IMG/VR virus record: IMGVR_UViG_3300044627_001883
Coordinates: 1-54,276 of that record
DNA length: 54,276 nt
DNA from: a virus
Taxonomy: Duplodnaviria; Caudoviricetes
Strand: one strand, 5' to 3'
Under the pieces are notes generated by a model. The model did not search any database. It was given only the letters and a program-made list of their open reading frames with translations, and was not told the DNA's origin. This document shows, piece by piece, positions 1 to 9,537 of the stretch. Position 1 is the first letter of the stretch. Every line of letters starts with the position of its first letter. The translations under genes were made by a program, and so were the position numbers.

Positions 1-177
1 CAGCGTCAACCGGCTGGATCTCCAGGTTGCGCACCAGGATGGCATTGGCAGCGCCAGTGGGCGTCGGATCCGTGGCGTAGGTGGTCTCGGTCTTAGCGAG
101 CAGGACTCGCTTGTTATAGAGCAGGGGCATGGCCGGTTACCTCAAGGCTTGGAGGTGGGTTCAGGGGCAGGCTCGGG
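1..177. repeat. Terminal direct repeat, left copy (circular assembly overlap)
   Basis: 1-177 equals 54100-54276 except A50 versus G54149. Confidence 0.95.
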
Positions 178-330
178 AGCCTTGGGGGGTGCGGCTGCGG
201 GCGCAGTCTCCGCCTCCAGCTCCGCTTGCGTCGGTTGAGGCTCCGTGCGGGAGCCGTCTACCAGCGTGCGCTTGCCGGACTTGGGATTGACCTCGTAGGT
301 GCCGCCCTTGCCGTGGTGTTCGTCTACCAT
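142..330 (-). CDS. Small hypothetical protein upstream of the tail tube gene
   Basis: ATG at 330 (MVDEHHGKGG...); lies between the tail terminator and tail tube genes across the circular junction. Confidence 0.6.
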   Translation of the reverse strand: MVDEHHGKGGTYEVNPKSGKRTLVDGSRTEPQPTQAELEAETAPAAAPPKAPEPAPEPTSKP

Positions 331-338
331 GCTACGCC

Positions 339-764
339 TCAAGTTAGAGAGAGGTCAGCAGCCTGGGTTCGGTAACGGATGGAATAATCCATCATCACCA
401 CGCCGGCAGGCTGGTCTGCGTCCATGTTATCGAAGGTCACGCGCACCGGGACGAGATCAATGACCATGCCGGTCAAGGTGGCGTTATTTAGCAGCTTCTT
501 GTGAACGTCTTCCACAATCGGATCCGCTACCTGATCCGGGACGTTGCCACGCACGATGATGGCGATGCGGACAATGAGCCGCCAATCCAGCTTGGGCACC
601 ACGCTGTTGTCAGCGTCATCCGTGAGCGGCTCCACCACGATGGCGGGGGACTCCTGACGGGCCAGCGGCTCCACCCGGCTGCGGTAGATGCGGGTGCCTA
701 CACCGGCCGTATTGATCAGTGCCGTGCGCACAGCCGCCAGGATCGTTTCGCGTCGGGTTGCCAT
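339..764 (-). CDS. Tail terminator / tail completion protein (lambda gpU-like)
   Basis: 141 aa, typical size and position before the tail tube; N-terminal RETILAAV...RIYRSR pattern. Confidence 0.7.
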   Translation of the reverse strand: MATRRETILAAVRTALINTAGVGTRIYRSRVEPLARQESPAIVVEPLTDDADNSVVPKLDWRLIVRIAIIVRGNVPDQVADPIVEDVHKKLLNNATLTGMVIDLVPVRVTFDNMDADQPAGVVMMDYSIRYRTQAADLSLT

Positions 765-815
765 GGCAGCAGATTAGCGGTGGGGGACGTACTGGCGCTC
801 GGGCAAAGCCGTGAG

Positions 816-1091
816 TTAGCTGGCCTGCAGCAACAGCTCCGAGAAGGCGCCGTCATCCAGCTTCCGGGCCTCCCGGACGGTGTAGTTGATGCCGTTCACG
901 GTGATGGCGTCGCCGTACAGCAAGCCGCCGAAATCAGCGGTGCGCACCAGCAGGCTGTAGTCAGTGGTGATGACCATGCCGTCCGCAATCACCTGCCCGG
1001 GCATATCAAGGATGCCCTTGGCGGTGATGGCTCCAGCGGTGCAGGTGACGCCGAAGTCCTCCAGGAACAGGTTGTAGTCTTCCGTGATCAC
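816..1091 (-). CDS. Head-tail joining / head closure protein (gpFII-like)
   Basis: 91 aa beta-rich protein (GDAITVNGINYTVRE...DDG) downstream of the capsid gene. Confidence 0.65.
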   Translation of the reverse strand: MITEDYNLFLEDFGVTCTAGAITAKGILDMPGQVIADGMVITTDYSLLVRTADFGGLLYGDAITVNGINYTVREARKLDDGAFSELLLQAS

Positions 1092-2098
1092 AGCGCCACC
1101 GCCTTGCCTCGGGCAATCAGGTCAGCGGCATCTGAGCGCAGCAGAGCCACCTCAGTCCCAGCATAGGCCGGCTGTCCTTTGACCAGGATGTTGCCGGTCA
1201 ACCGGACCAGCAGTTCGTTGCGGTGCGTCGGACGGGGGCGGGTCGGGACGAGATCCTCGATGGCGAACTCCGCCACGGCCACACTGGCGTCATTGCGGCC
1301 GTAGGACAGGAGCGCACGGTCATCTTGAACCTCTAAGCCACCGGGGAAGACGCACAGCGGCGCCCACTTCTCGCCAGTCGGGCGGCCCCAGTCTTCCTGT
1401 GCGGTCAGGACGGGTCCGCTGGAAATCAGGCGGGGGGCGTGGGGGGCCGCAGCGTCAAACGCCACAAAGCCCATGTGGTAGATGCGGTTGCGCCCGGGGT
1501 GTTTCTCCCAGGAGTGGAACGCGGTGAGCAGCTGATCCCGCCACGGCACCGCGGGGGAACCACCGGACATGCGGCCATGACCCCAGGCCACCGCATGATG
1601 CCGCCACTCATTCACCACCTGTGCGCCGTTCAGCTCCAGGACGCGCCAGCCGGCGGTGCCCATGTCGTAGATGCAGCGCAGGGCGCCCTCAGCCTCAAAA
1701 AACGTCCAGTTTTTCTCCTTGGAGCTCCAATCATTGGAGCCGTAGGCGGGGATGTGAACCTTGGGTAGGGTCCAGTTCTTGCGCTTGCTGAGCCGGCCGT
1801 AAGCCTGCACGCAGCGCCATCCTTGCTTGGTGTTGTAGTTGGCGATGCTGAAGGCGATGTGGAGCTGATCCCGGTGCCAGAACAGCCGAGGATCCTCCAG
1901 GGAGTGATGCGCCTCAGTTCCGGGAACCTTGAGCCGCTGATTGCTCAGCACGTTCATGTCCCGGTCCAGCTCCGCCAGCACGATCTCACTGACGGTGAAG
2001 TCCTTGGGCTCAGAGCGGTACGCCAACAGAAAGCCCTCCCCGGCCGAAACCAGGGAGGGGTTGTAGTTCCGCTTGGCCTTGATCAGCCCAGCGATCAT
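1088..2098 (-). CDS. Predicted beta-propeller glycosidase/phosphorylase-like protein (GH130/GH43 type) with a short C-terminal module
   Basis: NYNPS, LEDPRLF, KEKNWTFF, CVFPGG and LSYGRND motifs; start taken at ATG 2098, just after the capsid stop. Confidence 0.6.
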   Translation of the reverse strand: MIAGLIKAKRNYNPSLVSAGEGFLLAYRSEPKDFTVSEIVLAELDRDMNVLSNQRLKVPGTEAHHSLEDPRLFWHRDQLHIAFSIANYNTKQGWRCVQAYGRLSKRKNWTLPKVHIPAYGSNDWSSKEKNWTFFEAEGALRCIYDMGTAGWRVLELNGAQVVNEWRHHAVAWGHGRMSGGSPAVPWRDQLLTAFHSWEKHPGRNRIYHMGFVAFDAAAPHAPRLISSGPVLTAQEDWGRPTGEKWAPLCVFPGGLEVQDDRALLSYGRNDASVAVAEFAIEDLVPTRPRPTHRNELLVRLTGNILVKGQPAYAGTEVALLRSDAADLIARGKAVAL

Positions 2099-2100
2099 GC

Positions 2101-4395
2101 TCAGCTCAGGGCACCGGTGCCGTAGCAGAAGGCGCCAGCCTGCTTGATGGCGAAGTCCACATCCTGGAGAGCCACGATGCGCACGGTGCCGCTGGTAGCA
2201 CCGGCGTAGGGGTCCAGGGTGAGGTCCAGGCCGCTCCACATGCCCATGATCATCTGATCAAAAGCACCGAAGATGATGTCATCCAGGGTGAGCTGGTTGG
2301 ACACCACCACGGGGTAGCCGTTCACCTCGTCATCCTCGTACACGAAGCCAGCGGCAACGGCGGAGGCGGACTTAGGAGTGGCCTTCAGAGCGCCGCGGGC
2401 AGCAGCGTTCATCAGGTAGAACAGCGAACCGGCGTCGGCGTTGTCCTTAGCCACCTCGGTCTCCATGCTGATCAGCTCAGCAAAGGTGCCGTAGTTGGTG
2501 AGGTTGACGGTGTTGATGCCGGTCTGGTTCACCAGGCCCTTGGGCTGGTTGGAGGTGCCGGAGCCGTAGAGGCCAGCGCGGTCGATCTCGAGCGCGATCA
2601 CGCGAGCCAGGTCGTTGCGCACCATCTGCTCCACGTCGATGGAGCTCTGGAGCAGCAGGCGGCGGGAGTAGTCCACGTAGGCGCCCACGGTCTTGGGCGA
2701 CATGGTGACCTGCTCCAGGGTCTGCTGGCTCTCGGTGGGAGCGTTGCCCTCACCCACCCAGTAAGCGGTGGAGGCCGCCGACTGCTTGGGAATAGCAATG
2801 TTGCCCTGGAGGCCGGACAGGATGGTGGCGCCCACCTGAGCCAGGGCCAGCTTGTTGCGCAGCAGCTCAATGAAGCTGCCGGCCAGCAGGTCGGTGGCGA
2901 CGGTGAAACCACCAGCGGAGTTGGTGCCGGCGGTGAGGTCACGCTTGAGGACCTCGTTGGGCACCATCAGGCCGTTGGCGGGCTTGCCGTAAGCCTTGGC
3001 AGCAGCCTCAGAAACCTCACGCTCATAGGCGGCGGCTTCAGCGGCCTGCTTGTCGCCGGGGTTGGCGAGGTAGTTCAGGGCACGCAGGAAGGAGTAGCTG
3101 CGGGCCTCCTTGTCGCTCAGGCCCACTTCAGCCTTGGGCTCAGCGATGCGGTGGGGGGCGGACTTGGCCGAACGGGCTTCCATTTTCTCCAGGATCGCAG
3201 TGCGGGCTTCAGAAAGGTCTTTGCCGCCGTCGATCAGTTCACGGGCCAGGTCGGCCATACCGAACTTCTCGCCAAGGGCGGAAATCTGGGCGATACGGGT
3301 GCGCTCGGCCTCAGCGGCCTTGGACCGGATCACCTCCACGTCAGGGGTGTTCTCCATGGGAACCTCAGTGTCAGGTTGAGGGGTGGGTGATGCGGCGGTG
3401 GCCGCTGGTTCTTCCGCCACGCCCTCAACGGGAGCGTCGGAATCGGTGGTGATCTCTGCTGAAACAGCAGGGACCTCTTCGCTCATGCTATCGCCTTCCT
3501 GGAGAGCGCGACCCAAGCCAACAGAGTTGTCGGCTGGGATTGAGACCAGGCTGACTTCCAGCGGAGTCCATTTGGTGACGACGATGTTTTCGCCACGCTC
3601 CTCAACTTCGTCGATGGAGTAGGCGAACGAGACGTTGCGCAGGATGCCGTCTTCAACGTCTTGGCGCTTCTCTTGCGCCATGGCGTTGCGGGACCACTTC
3701 ACTTTGGAGTAGCCGCGGCGGTCATCACCCATGCGTGCGCTCTGGACCACGCCCAGCACCGCATCACGGTCGTGATTCCACAGGAAGGGAGCGCCGTTGT
3801 TGAGCCGCTCCAGGTTGGCGGACCCAGCTTCGTGGGAGAGGATCTCGGTGCCGAAGTACCGCTCAACGGGTTGCTCTGAGCTGAAGCTGAACTCCATCTC
3901 ATCGCCTTCACCGGCACGGACCTGAACACTGGCCTCGCGGCGTTGGATCAGGGTGCCGCCTTTGCCGCGTGACTGAAGGTCCTTCAGCTCCAGGGAGCGG
4001 GCGGACGGCAGGATCACCTCTACCTCAATCTCCTCTTCGTCATCCTCCTCCTCGCCCGGCTCCTCCGGCTCCTCCGGCTCCTCAGCGGCACGCAGGGGCT
4101 CAATCTTGGTGAGGGTGGACAGCTTGTGACCCACCAGGCGGTCGCTCGGCTCCCAGCCATCAGCGCCTTCTTGGAAGACACGGATCAGCGCAGCGGGGTC
4201 ATCCTCGCTGGCCTCAATCACAAAGCTGGAGTCAGGAACATCCAGGCTGCCTTCGCGCACGATCTTCTCAATGCGGCCACGAGCGGTGCCGCCGGAGCTA
4301 CCCCAGCTCACGTAGTCGCCAGTCTTTAGATCCTGGCCCGGGGCCTTTTCGTTCTCCACGGTCGGCGTATCGGACGTTGTCAACAGTCTATTCAT
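2101..4395 (-). CDS. Prohead protease-major capsid fusion (HK97 fold) with an extra N-terminal domain
   Basis: Protease motifs FLWNHD, NVSFAY and EVSLVSIPAD followed by an HK97-type capsid region (AYWVGEG, PKTVGAY, ID...LYGSG...PKG). Confidence 0.9.
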   Translation of the reverse strand: MNRLLTTSDTPTVENEKAPGQDLKTGDYVSWGSSGGTARGRIEKIVREGSLDVPDSSFVIEASEDDPAALIRVFQEGADGWEPSDRLVGHKLSTLTKIEPLRAAEEPEEPEEPGEEEDDEEEIEVEVILPSARSLELKDLQSRGKGGTLIQRREASVQVRAGEGDEMEFSFSSEQPVERYFGTEILSHEAGSANLERLNNGAPFLWNHDRDAVLGVVQSARMGDDRRGYSKVKWSRNAMAQEKRQDVEDGILRNVSFAYSIDEVEERGENIVVTKWTPLEVSLVSIPADNSVGLGRALQEGDSMSEEVPAVSAEITTDSDAPVEGVAEEPAATAASPTPQPDTEVPMENTPDVEVIRSKAAEAERTRIAQISALGEKFGMADLARELIDGGKDLSEARTAILEKMEARSAKSAPHRIAEPKAEVGLSDKEARSYSFLRALNYLANPGDKQAAEAAAYEREVSEAAAKAYGKPANGLMVPNEVLKRDLTAGTNSAGGFTVATDLLAGSFIELLRNKLALAQVGATILSGLQGNIAIPKQSAASTAYWVGEGNAPTESQQTLEQVTMSPKTVGAYVDYSRRLLLQSSIDVEQMVRNDLARVIALEIDRAGLYGSGTSNQPKGLVNQTGINTVNLTNYGTFAELISMETEVAKDNADAGSLFYLMNAAARGALKATPKSASAVAAGFVYEDDEVNGYPVVVSNQLTLDDIIFGAFDQMIMGMWSGLDLTLDPYAGATSGTVRIVALQDVDFAIKQAGAFCYGTGALS

Positions 4396-5888
4396 TACGC
4401 CTCCGCAGGATTAGCTGGCGGCGGAGCGGCTCCGCCTTTCTTGTCCGCATCCAGCGTGAGGCCGAGATCCAGGGCGAGCTGCTGCTCTTGGGCTATCTGC
4501 TGGAGGTTGTCGTCCAGGTCTGCGCCGAGCTGCGCGACGATCTGACTCTTGGTGAGGTAGCCGGCTGCTTCTGCCTCGCGGAATGCCTGCACCTCCTTAA
4601 GCGGATCCACCCAAGACCACCCACGGGCCTGCCAGCGGGGGCGGTCGTATCGCTCGGGACGGAGCTCAAAGTCAGGCAGCTCCAGGACGCCTGACAGCAC
4701 CGCAGCATTCAGCCACTCTTCGTAGATGCGCTGGTGGAAGTTCTCGATCAGGTACGCCTGGATGACGCGCCAGTGGTCACGGTCCTCCAGCAGGCTGAGG
4801 CGGGAGCTGGAGTAGTTGGTTTCGCTGAAGTCCCGGGACAGGGTTTCGTAGGAGCACCCGAAGCCAGCCGCAAAGCGGCGGGCCTTGGCGCGAATGAACA
4901 TCTCGTACTGGCTGTCCGGAGCCGAGAGGTTGGGAATGGTGATGCTCTGGCCCGGATCCAGGTAGCGGAACACGCCAGGCTCAAACTCCTGGATGCGCTC
5001 ACCTTGCTCAACGTCATCCGCCTGAAGCTCACCTTCAGGGGACGTGATGAAGCCCATGAGGGAGCTGGCGGCCCGGGCACGGACCACGGCAGCCTGCTCG
5101 TAGCCCTGGAGCTGGTGCGCGTCATCCATGACGGAGGCGAACCAGGGCACACCGCGGTTCTGACCGGGACGCTCACGCAGGAACAGGTGGATCACATCCG
5201 CGGCAGGGAGGAACTCATGCCGGACGTTCTCCTGATCAGCGCCTTGGAACCAGTAGTCACCGGGGTGACGGGTGCGGAATGCGTAGCGGAGCGGGCGGCC
5301 CCATTCGTCAATCTCCACGCCCATGCGCCACTCACGGCCGCGGCCAGAGGTTGGGCCGGCGTACTCCTCATCCAGCAGGTCGCTCTCAATCACCTCCAGG
5401 GCGATGGGCACCTTGCTGCGGCCGAACTTGCGCCGGACGATCCTGAAGATGATCTCGCCGGACTCCGGCAGGGCGCCGGCAATCAGGTTCTCAAAGGAGT
5501 AGAAGCTGTTGAGGCCAGCCACGTCGCAGCTGTCAGAGCGACACCACCGCTCCCAGGCGCCTTCAATGACGCCATTGAGCTTCTGGTCCAGCTTCTTGCC
5601 GCGCACCATCGGCACCTGGGCCTGCATCTTGATGCCGTGGCCGATGACGTTGATCTGGGTGGTGCGCTTGGCCTGGCGTGCGTAGGGGTTATCCCGGACC
5701 AGCTGCCGGGACCGGTCACGCAGCAGACGGATGCTGGTGCGGATTTCGGCGTCGGCGGATGTTTGGGCCGTGAACCAATCACTGGTCAGCCTGGTGATCC
5801 GGGCGCCTTGGTACATGCGCCGGCGACGCTTGGGCGGCTCCTTGGCACCAAAGCCGAAGGCTTGCATCAACCGTGTGCGGAGGCCCAT
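4395..5888 (-). CDS. Portal protein, lambda family
   Basis: RSRQLVRDNPYA, RPGQNRGVPW, NYSSSR and WVDPLKE motifs. Confidence 0.93.
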   Translation of the reverse strand: MGLRTRLMQAFGFGAKEPPKRRRRMYQGARITRLTSDWFTAQTSADAEIRTSIRLLRDRSRQLVRDNPYARQAKRTTQINVIGHGIKMQAQVPMVRGKKLDQKLNGVIEGAWERWCRSDSCDVAGLNSFYSFENLIAGALPESGEIIFRIVRRKFGRSKVPIALEVIESDLLDEEYAGPTSGRGREWRMGVEIDEWGRPLRYAFRTRHPGDYWFQGADQENVRHEFLPAADVIHLFLRERPGQNRGVPWFASVMDDAHQLQGYEQAAVVRARAASSLMGFITSPEGELQADDVEQGERIQEFEPGVFRYLDPGQSITIPNLSAPDSQYEMFIRAKARRFAAGFGCSYETLSRDFSETNYSSSRLSLLEDRDHWRVIQAYLIENFHQRIYEEWLNAAVLSGVLELPDFELRPERYDRPRWQARGWSWVDPLKEVQAFREAEAAGYLTKSQIVAQLGADLDDNLQQIAQEQQLALDLGLTLDADKKGGAAPPPANPAEA

Positions 5889-6472
5889 CAGCGGTTACCA
5901 AAGCGAATGAAGACGGAGTGGGGGTTGCCCAGGCCGTTGGCGATCATGTTCGCCTTCTGCTCACGGACCACCTGCGCCTTCAGTCTGTCGCGGAGCACGA
6001 GCAGTTCACCCAGCTCGTACCGCTTCAGTGACCGGGTGCCGATGCGGTACTCCTGGACTCCACCACCGGAGCTGAGGGAACGGATAGCGGCCTCAACGGT
6101 CTCCAGGTCCTTCTGCGCCTGAGTGCGGCCGTCAAATGCTGCGGGGCTGCCGGCGTAGGACAGGCTCGGCAGGACCGTGAGCTGGCCGGAGCCGAGCGTG
6201 ATCTTGTCACCGCCAACCAGTGCGGTGGCCTGCGCTTGGAAGTACCAGGTGCCGGCATTCATTCCGGCGGAGGTGCCGGAGGGGATGGTGGACAGCCAAT
6301 CACTGCCGCTGTCAGTGGCGACCACCGTCACGCCTTCGTGGTTGGCGTTGAAGCGGAGGTAGTAGATCAGGCTGTGGGTGTCATTGCTGACCGGGGTGCC
6401 CAGCGAATCCTGCATGGGCGGGTCAAGCCACTTGATGGTGTCGCCGGCCCGGAGTTGAGATGGGATCTTCAC
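5888..6472 (-). CDS. Head-tail joining protein (gpW-like C-terminus)
   Basis: Between terL and portal; VQEYRIGTRSLKRY motif; GTG start at 6472. Confidence 0.65.
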   Translation of the reverse strand: MKIPSQLRAGDTIKWLDPPMQDSLGTPVSNDTHSLIYYLRFNANHEGVTVVATDSGSDWLSTIPSGTSAGMNAGTWYFQAQATALVGGDKITLGSGQLTVLPSLSYAGSPAAFDGRTQAQKDLETVEAAIRSLSSGGGVQEYRIGTRSLKRYELGELLVLRDRLKAQVVREQKANMIANGLGNPHSVFIRFGNR

Positions 6473-6476
6473 GGCT

Positions 6477-8348
6477 TCACCAGTTGCGGACGAAGCTACG
6501 CTGAGCTCCACCTGATCTTAGCGATGGTGAGCGCCGCTTCTCTACTGGAGCTTTGAGCCGCTTTTCCAGCTGATCCCAGATGGTTCTCCGGTCTCGCAGC
6601 TGATACATGCGATTCAATCCGGCGTAGGCGTAGACCAGGGTGTCCAACGCCTCATTCCGCTCACTGGGCTTCTTGACGAACTCCCGGATGGCGAAGCCCC
6701 GCACAAAGCGGATCTGCTGTTTCTCGGAGGTGAGCTGAGCGAAATACTCCTCGTTGCAGCCGGTGTGGAAGTGGAGGTAGCCGGGGCCAGGTTCGTTGTG
6801 CTTCAGCCGCCCAAACAGCGTCACCTTCACCGTGTCAGTGCCGACGAGGAACAGCTCCACCCCATCCTTCAGCACCCGTCCACGGGCATTCACGTCCACC
6901 TTGCTGGGCTTGCCGATGACGGGCTTGTTGCGGGTGGCGGCACCTTTGATGGGGATGACGCCTTTGCTGCGCCGCTCCCGGGCGTACTGGTAGACCTCGG
7001 CGGTGAAGTGACCACCGGAGTCAATGCAGACCACATCCGCAGGCAGGGTCCCTCCACTGGCGTGCGGGAACGGCTCCAGGATGATCTCGTCAAGCTGCCG
7101 CCACAGCTCCGGACGGGACGGGTCGCCGTAGATCTCTTGGTGATCAACCAGCCAGCCCTCCTCTTCACGGCCCCAGGCCCACACGCTCACCGCCAGGCGG
7201 TTGTCCTGAACGTCCACGCCGACCGTGACAGCCAGGCCGCCATCCGGCACCACCCGCGGTTCGTAGAGCTCCACCCGCTCCATCAGCGCCGATGCGCCGA
7301 CCTTGTTGGCGTAGTTGTCCTCAAAGGTCTCACCCAGGACGGTGTTGACCCAGGTTTTGAGCATCGGGGCGTCAGCCTTGGCCTTCAGGAACTCACCCAC
7401 AATGTCCGCCCATGACTTCCAGCCCAGGGGGGAGTAGAGGGAGCTGAGGTGGAAGCCGGCAGTAAGCCCATCAGACGGAGCGGTAGCCCGCCACTCACCA
7501 GCCGCCAGCATGTCCGTCTTGTGGCGCTCGGGGATGAGCACGCCGCAGCTCTCGCAGCAGTAGGCCGCAGTCTTGGGGTCGTCGTCTTGCCAGCGGATGT
7601 TGCCGAACTGGAGCCACTGCATGTGGCCGCAGTCCGGGCAGGGGACGAAGTAGCGGCGCTGATCACTCGCCAGGTACTCCGCCTCAATCCGGCTGAAGTC
7701 CTTGATGGTTGGGGTGGAGCACAGGAACACCTTGCGCCGGCTGAAGGTGGTGGTGCGGCGTTCCGCCAGGCTCACCGGGTCACCTTCACCGTCCAGGTCC
7801 ACGGGGTAGGCGTCCACCTCATCACAGAACAGGTTCTTGATGGGCATGGAGCGGAGGCCCGCGCCAGAGTTGGCCCCGCCGATCATCAGGATTCCGCCAG
7901 GGAACTCCTTGCTGAAGAGGCTGTTGCCGCTGTCCCGCTCCCGGGGCGGCCGCACCCGTTGGCGGAGCCGGGGGCACTCCTCAATCAGCGGGTTGAGGCG
8001 CTGCTTAGAGAACCGCTTGGCAATGTCCACCGTGGGCATCACGCACAGTGACGGTCCCGGGGTGGCGTCAATGATGTAGCCCAACCAGTTGTTGCCGCAC
8101 TCCGTCTTGCCCACCTGAGCGCCGGCCATGAACACCACCCGCTGGATGGGGGAGGTGGTGCTGAGGCAATCCATGATCTCGCGCAGGAAGGGCGTGCGCT
8201 CCGTGCGCCACTTGCCTGGTTCTGCGGAGGCCCGCTGGGAGAGCATCCGATGCTCATCCGCCCATTCGCTCACGGTCAAGATGGGGTCAGGGCGTAGCCC
8301 AGCACGGAAGCTGGGGACCAGATCCCGCTCAGCGTTCGCTAGCACCAT
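6477..8348 (-). CDS. terL: Terminase large subunit, lambda GpA family
   Basis: AQVGKTE Walker A, LFCDEVD Walker B, STPT, GVDVQ nuclease motif and NEALD. Confidence 0.96.
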   Translation of the reverse strand: MVLANAERDLVPSFRAGLRPDPILTVSEWADEHRMLSQRASAEPGKWRTERTPFLREIMDCLSTTSPIQRVVFMAGAQVGKTECGNNWLGYIIDATPGPSLCVMPTVDIAKRFSKQRLNPLIEECPRLRQRVRPPRERDSGNSLFSKEFPGGILMIGGANSGAGLRSMPIKNLFCDEVDAYPVDLDGEGDPVSLAERRTTTFSRRKVFLCSTPTIKDFSRIEAEYLASDQRRYFVPCPDCGHMQWLQFGNIRWQDDDPKTAAYCCESCGVLIPERHKTDMLAAGEWRATAPSDGLTAGFHLSSLYSPLGWKSWADIVGEFLKAKADAPMLKTWVNTVLGETFEDNYANKVGASALMERVELYEPRVVPDGGLAVTVGVDVQDNRLAVSVWAWGREEEGWLVDHQEIYGDPSRPELWRQLDEIILEPFPHASGGTLPADVVCIDSGGHFTAEVYQYARERRSKGVIPIKGAATRNKPVIGKPSKVDVNARGRVLKDGVELFLVGTDTVKVTLFGRLKHNEPGPGYLHFHTGCNEEYFAQLTSEKQQIRFVRGFAIREFVKKPSERNEALDTLVYAYAGLNRMYQLRDRRTIWDQLEKRLKAPVEKRRSPSLRSGGAQRSFVRNW

Positions 8349-9006
8349 CGCTCAACTCATCCAGGACAACGGTGATCTCTTGTTGCAGCAGCAGCAGGAT
8401 GGCGTGCCGCTTCTCGGGTGAGACTTCGCCCACCAAGCCTGCCAACTGATCGGTGATGCGTGCAGGGACGTTCAGCAGGGCATCGCGGATCCGGCGGGCT
8501 TCATTGAACCACTGGACCTTCACTTCATTGGCTGAGACCAGTTCGCCGGCCCTCTCGGCGTACTCCAGCTTGGCCATCTGCGCCGCAAACGCTTCCCGAA
8601 TGGCCCGAGAGCGGGCGTAGGGCGGCACGTTGTCGGACGTGGTGGGGACGCTGGCGGCAGCCCGGCGTTCCACCGCCTCGGGCTCCTCGGGTGGCGCTTC
8701 GCGTTCTTCCGCCAGGAGCTCCCGGCTGATGGCCCGCTCCTCAGCGGAATCAAACCGCTCGGGTGGCTGCGCTTCATCTGGCTTGGGTCCCAGCTTCTTG
8801 CCGCGGCCACGGTCGTAGGGCAGCACACTTTTCTTCCACGTCCTGGCGGCCAGTTCCGGGTCCGCAATCTTGGGGTGGCCCTTGTGGTCGTAGGTGATGG
8901 CCTCCGGAGGGATGTGACCGGCCTCAATCGCCTTGCGCACCGCGGTGTGTGACACGGGCGGGTCCAGGGACTCGGCAAAGCCGCGCAGGCTGACAGGTTC
9001 ACTCAT
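8329..9006 (-). CDS. terS: Terminase small subunit
   Basis: N-terminal HTH-like SHTAVRKAI, Nu1-like C-terminus (GELVS...RDALLNVPAR), overlaps terL. Confidence 0.8.
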   Translation of the reverse strand: MSEPVSLRGFAESLDPPVSHTAVRKAIEAGHIPPEAITYDHKGHPKIADPELAARTWKKSVLPYDRGRGKKLGPKPDEAQPPERFDSAEERAISRELLAEEREAPPEEPEAVERRAAASVPTTSDNVPPYARSRAIREAFAAQMAKLEYAERAGELVSANEVKVQWFNEARRIRDALLNVPARITDQLAGLVGEVSPEKRHAILLLLQQEITVVLDELSDGASER

Positions 9007-9536
9007 GTCCGCAGCGCCGGTACGGCGTCCAGCAGTTCACGGGTCATGGCCTCGGGGGACTGGTCGGCGCGGATCATCACCGCACCCCACTCCTGCGCAA
9101 TGCGCTGCGCCTTGGTCAGGCGGCCCTTCACCCACTGTGGATTCTGAAGGCTGGTGCCGTGTTGCTGCGCCCGTGCGGCCCGGCGGTCAGCAGCCATGCG
9201 CGACGGCAAGCCCAGGTAGATCAGCCGGAGCTGGTAGCCGGCCTCTGCTGCAGCGGTGAAAAATGCGGGGTAGGACAGGCGGTCGCCCTCACCAATCACC
9301 AACGGGAATGGGCGGGAGCGGATCCAGTTCTCTGCCGTCCGGGCCACGTTCATGGGGAGCGTGTCGGTTCCGCCGAATGGCGGCCGGCGGCGGCCAAGGA
9401 TCGCGGCCTGGAGCTCCGGGAGCTCCTCGTGCGCCAGCGGCTGCTCCCGTTCAATCCGCTCACGACCCGCCAATGCGTTCTCCAACAGCGTGGTCTTGCC
9501 CGCACCCGGCGGGCCAATCAGGTACAGCAGCTCCAT
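9003..9536 (-). CDS. P-loop kinase, candidate 5-hydroxymethyl-pyrimidine DNA kinase
   Basis: GPPGAGKTT Walker A, VIGEGDRL, RRAAR lid; context beside base-modification genes. Confidence 0.7.
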   Translation of the reverse strand: MELLYLIGPPGAGKTTLLENALAGRERIEREQPLAHEELPELQAAILGRRRPPFGGTDTLPMNVARTAENWIRSRPFPLVIGEGDRLSYPAFFTAAAEAGYQLRLIYLGLPSRMAADRRAARAQQHGTSLQNPQWVKGRLTKAQRIAQEWGAVMIRADQSPEAMTRELLDAVPALRT

Positions 9537-9537
9537 C

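Noticed and set aside
2101-4395. TCGA avoidance suggested by frequent ATT GAG and TTT GAG codon pairs
   Set aside because: TCGA occurs several times in this gene; a codon-controlled k-mer test is needed and I cannot run one.
4734-6122. 462-aa plus-strand ORF (likewise 11729-12628, 39996-41012, 49195-50262)
   Set aside because: Antisense to clear genes such as portal, oxygenase, tail fibre and tape measure.
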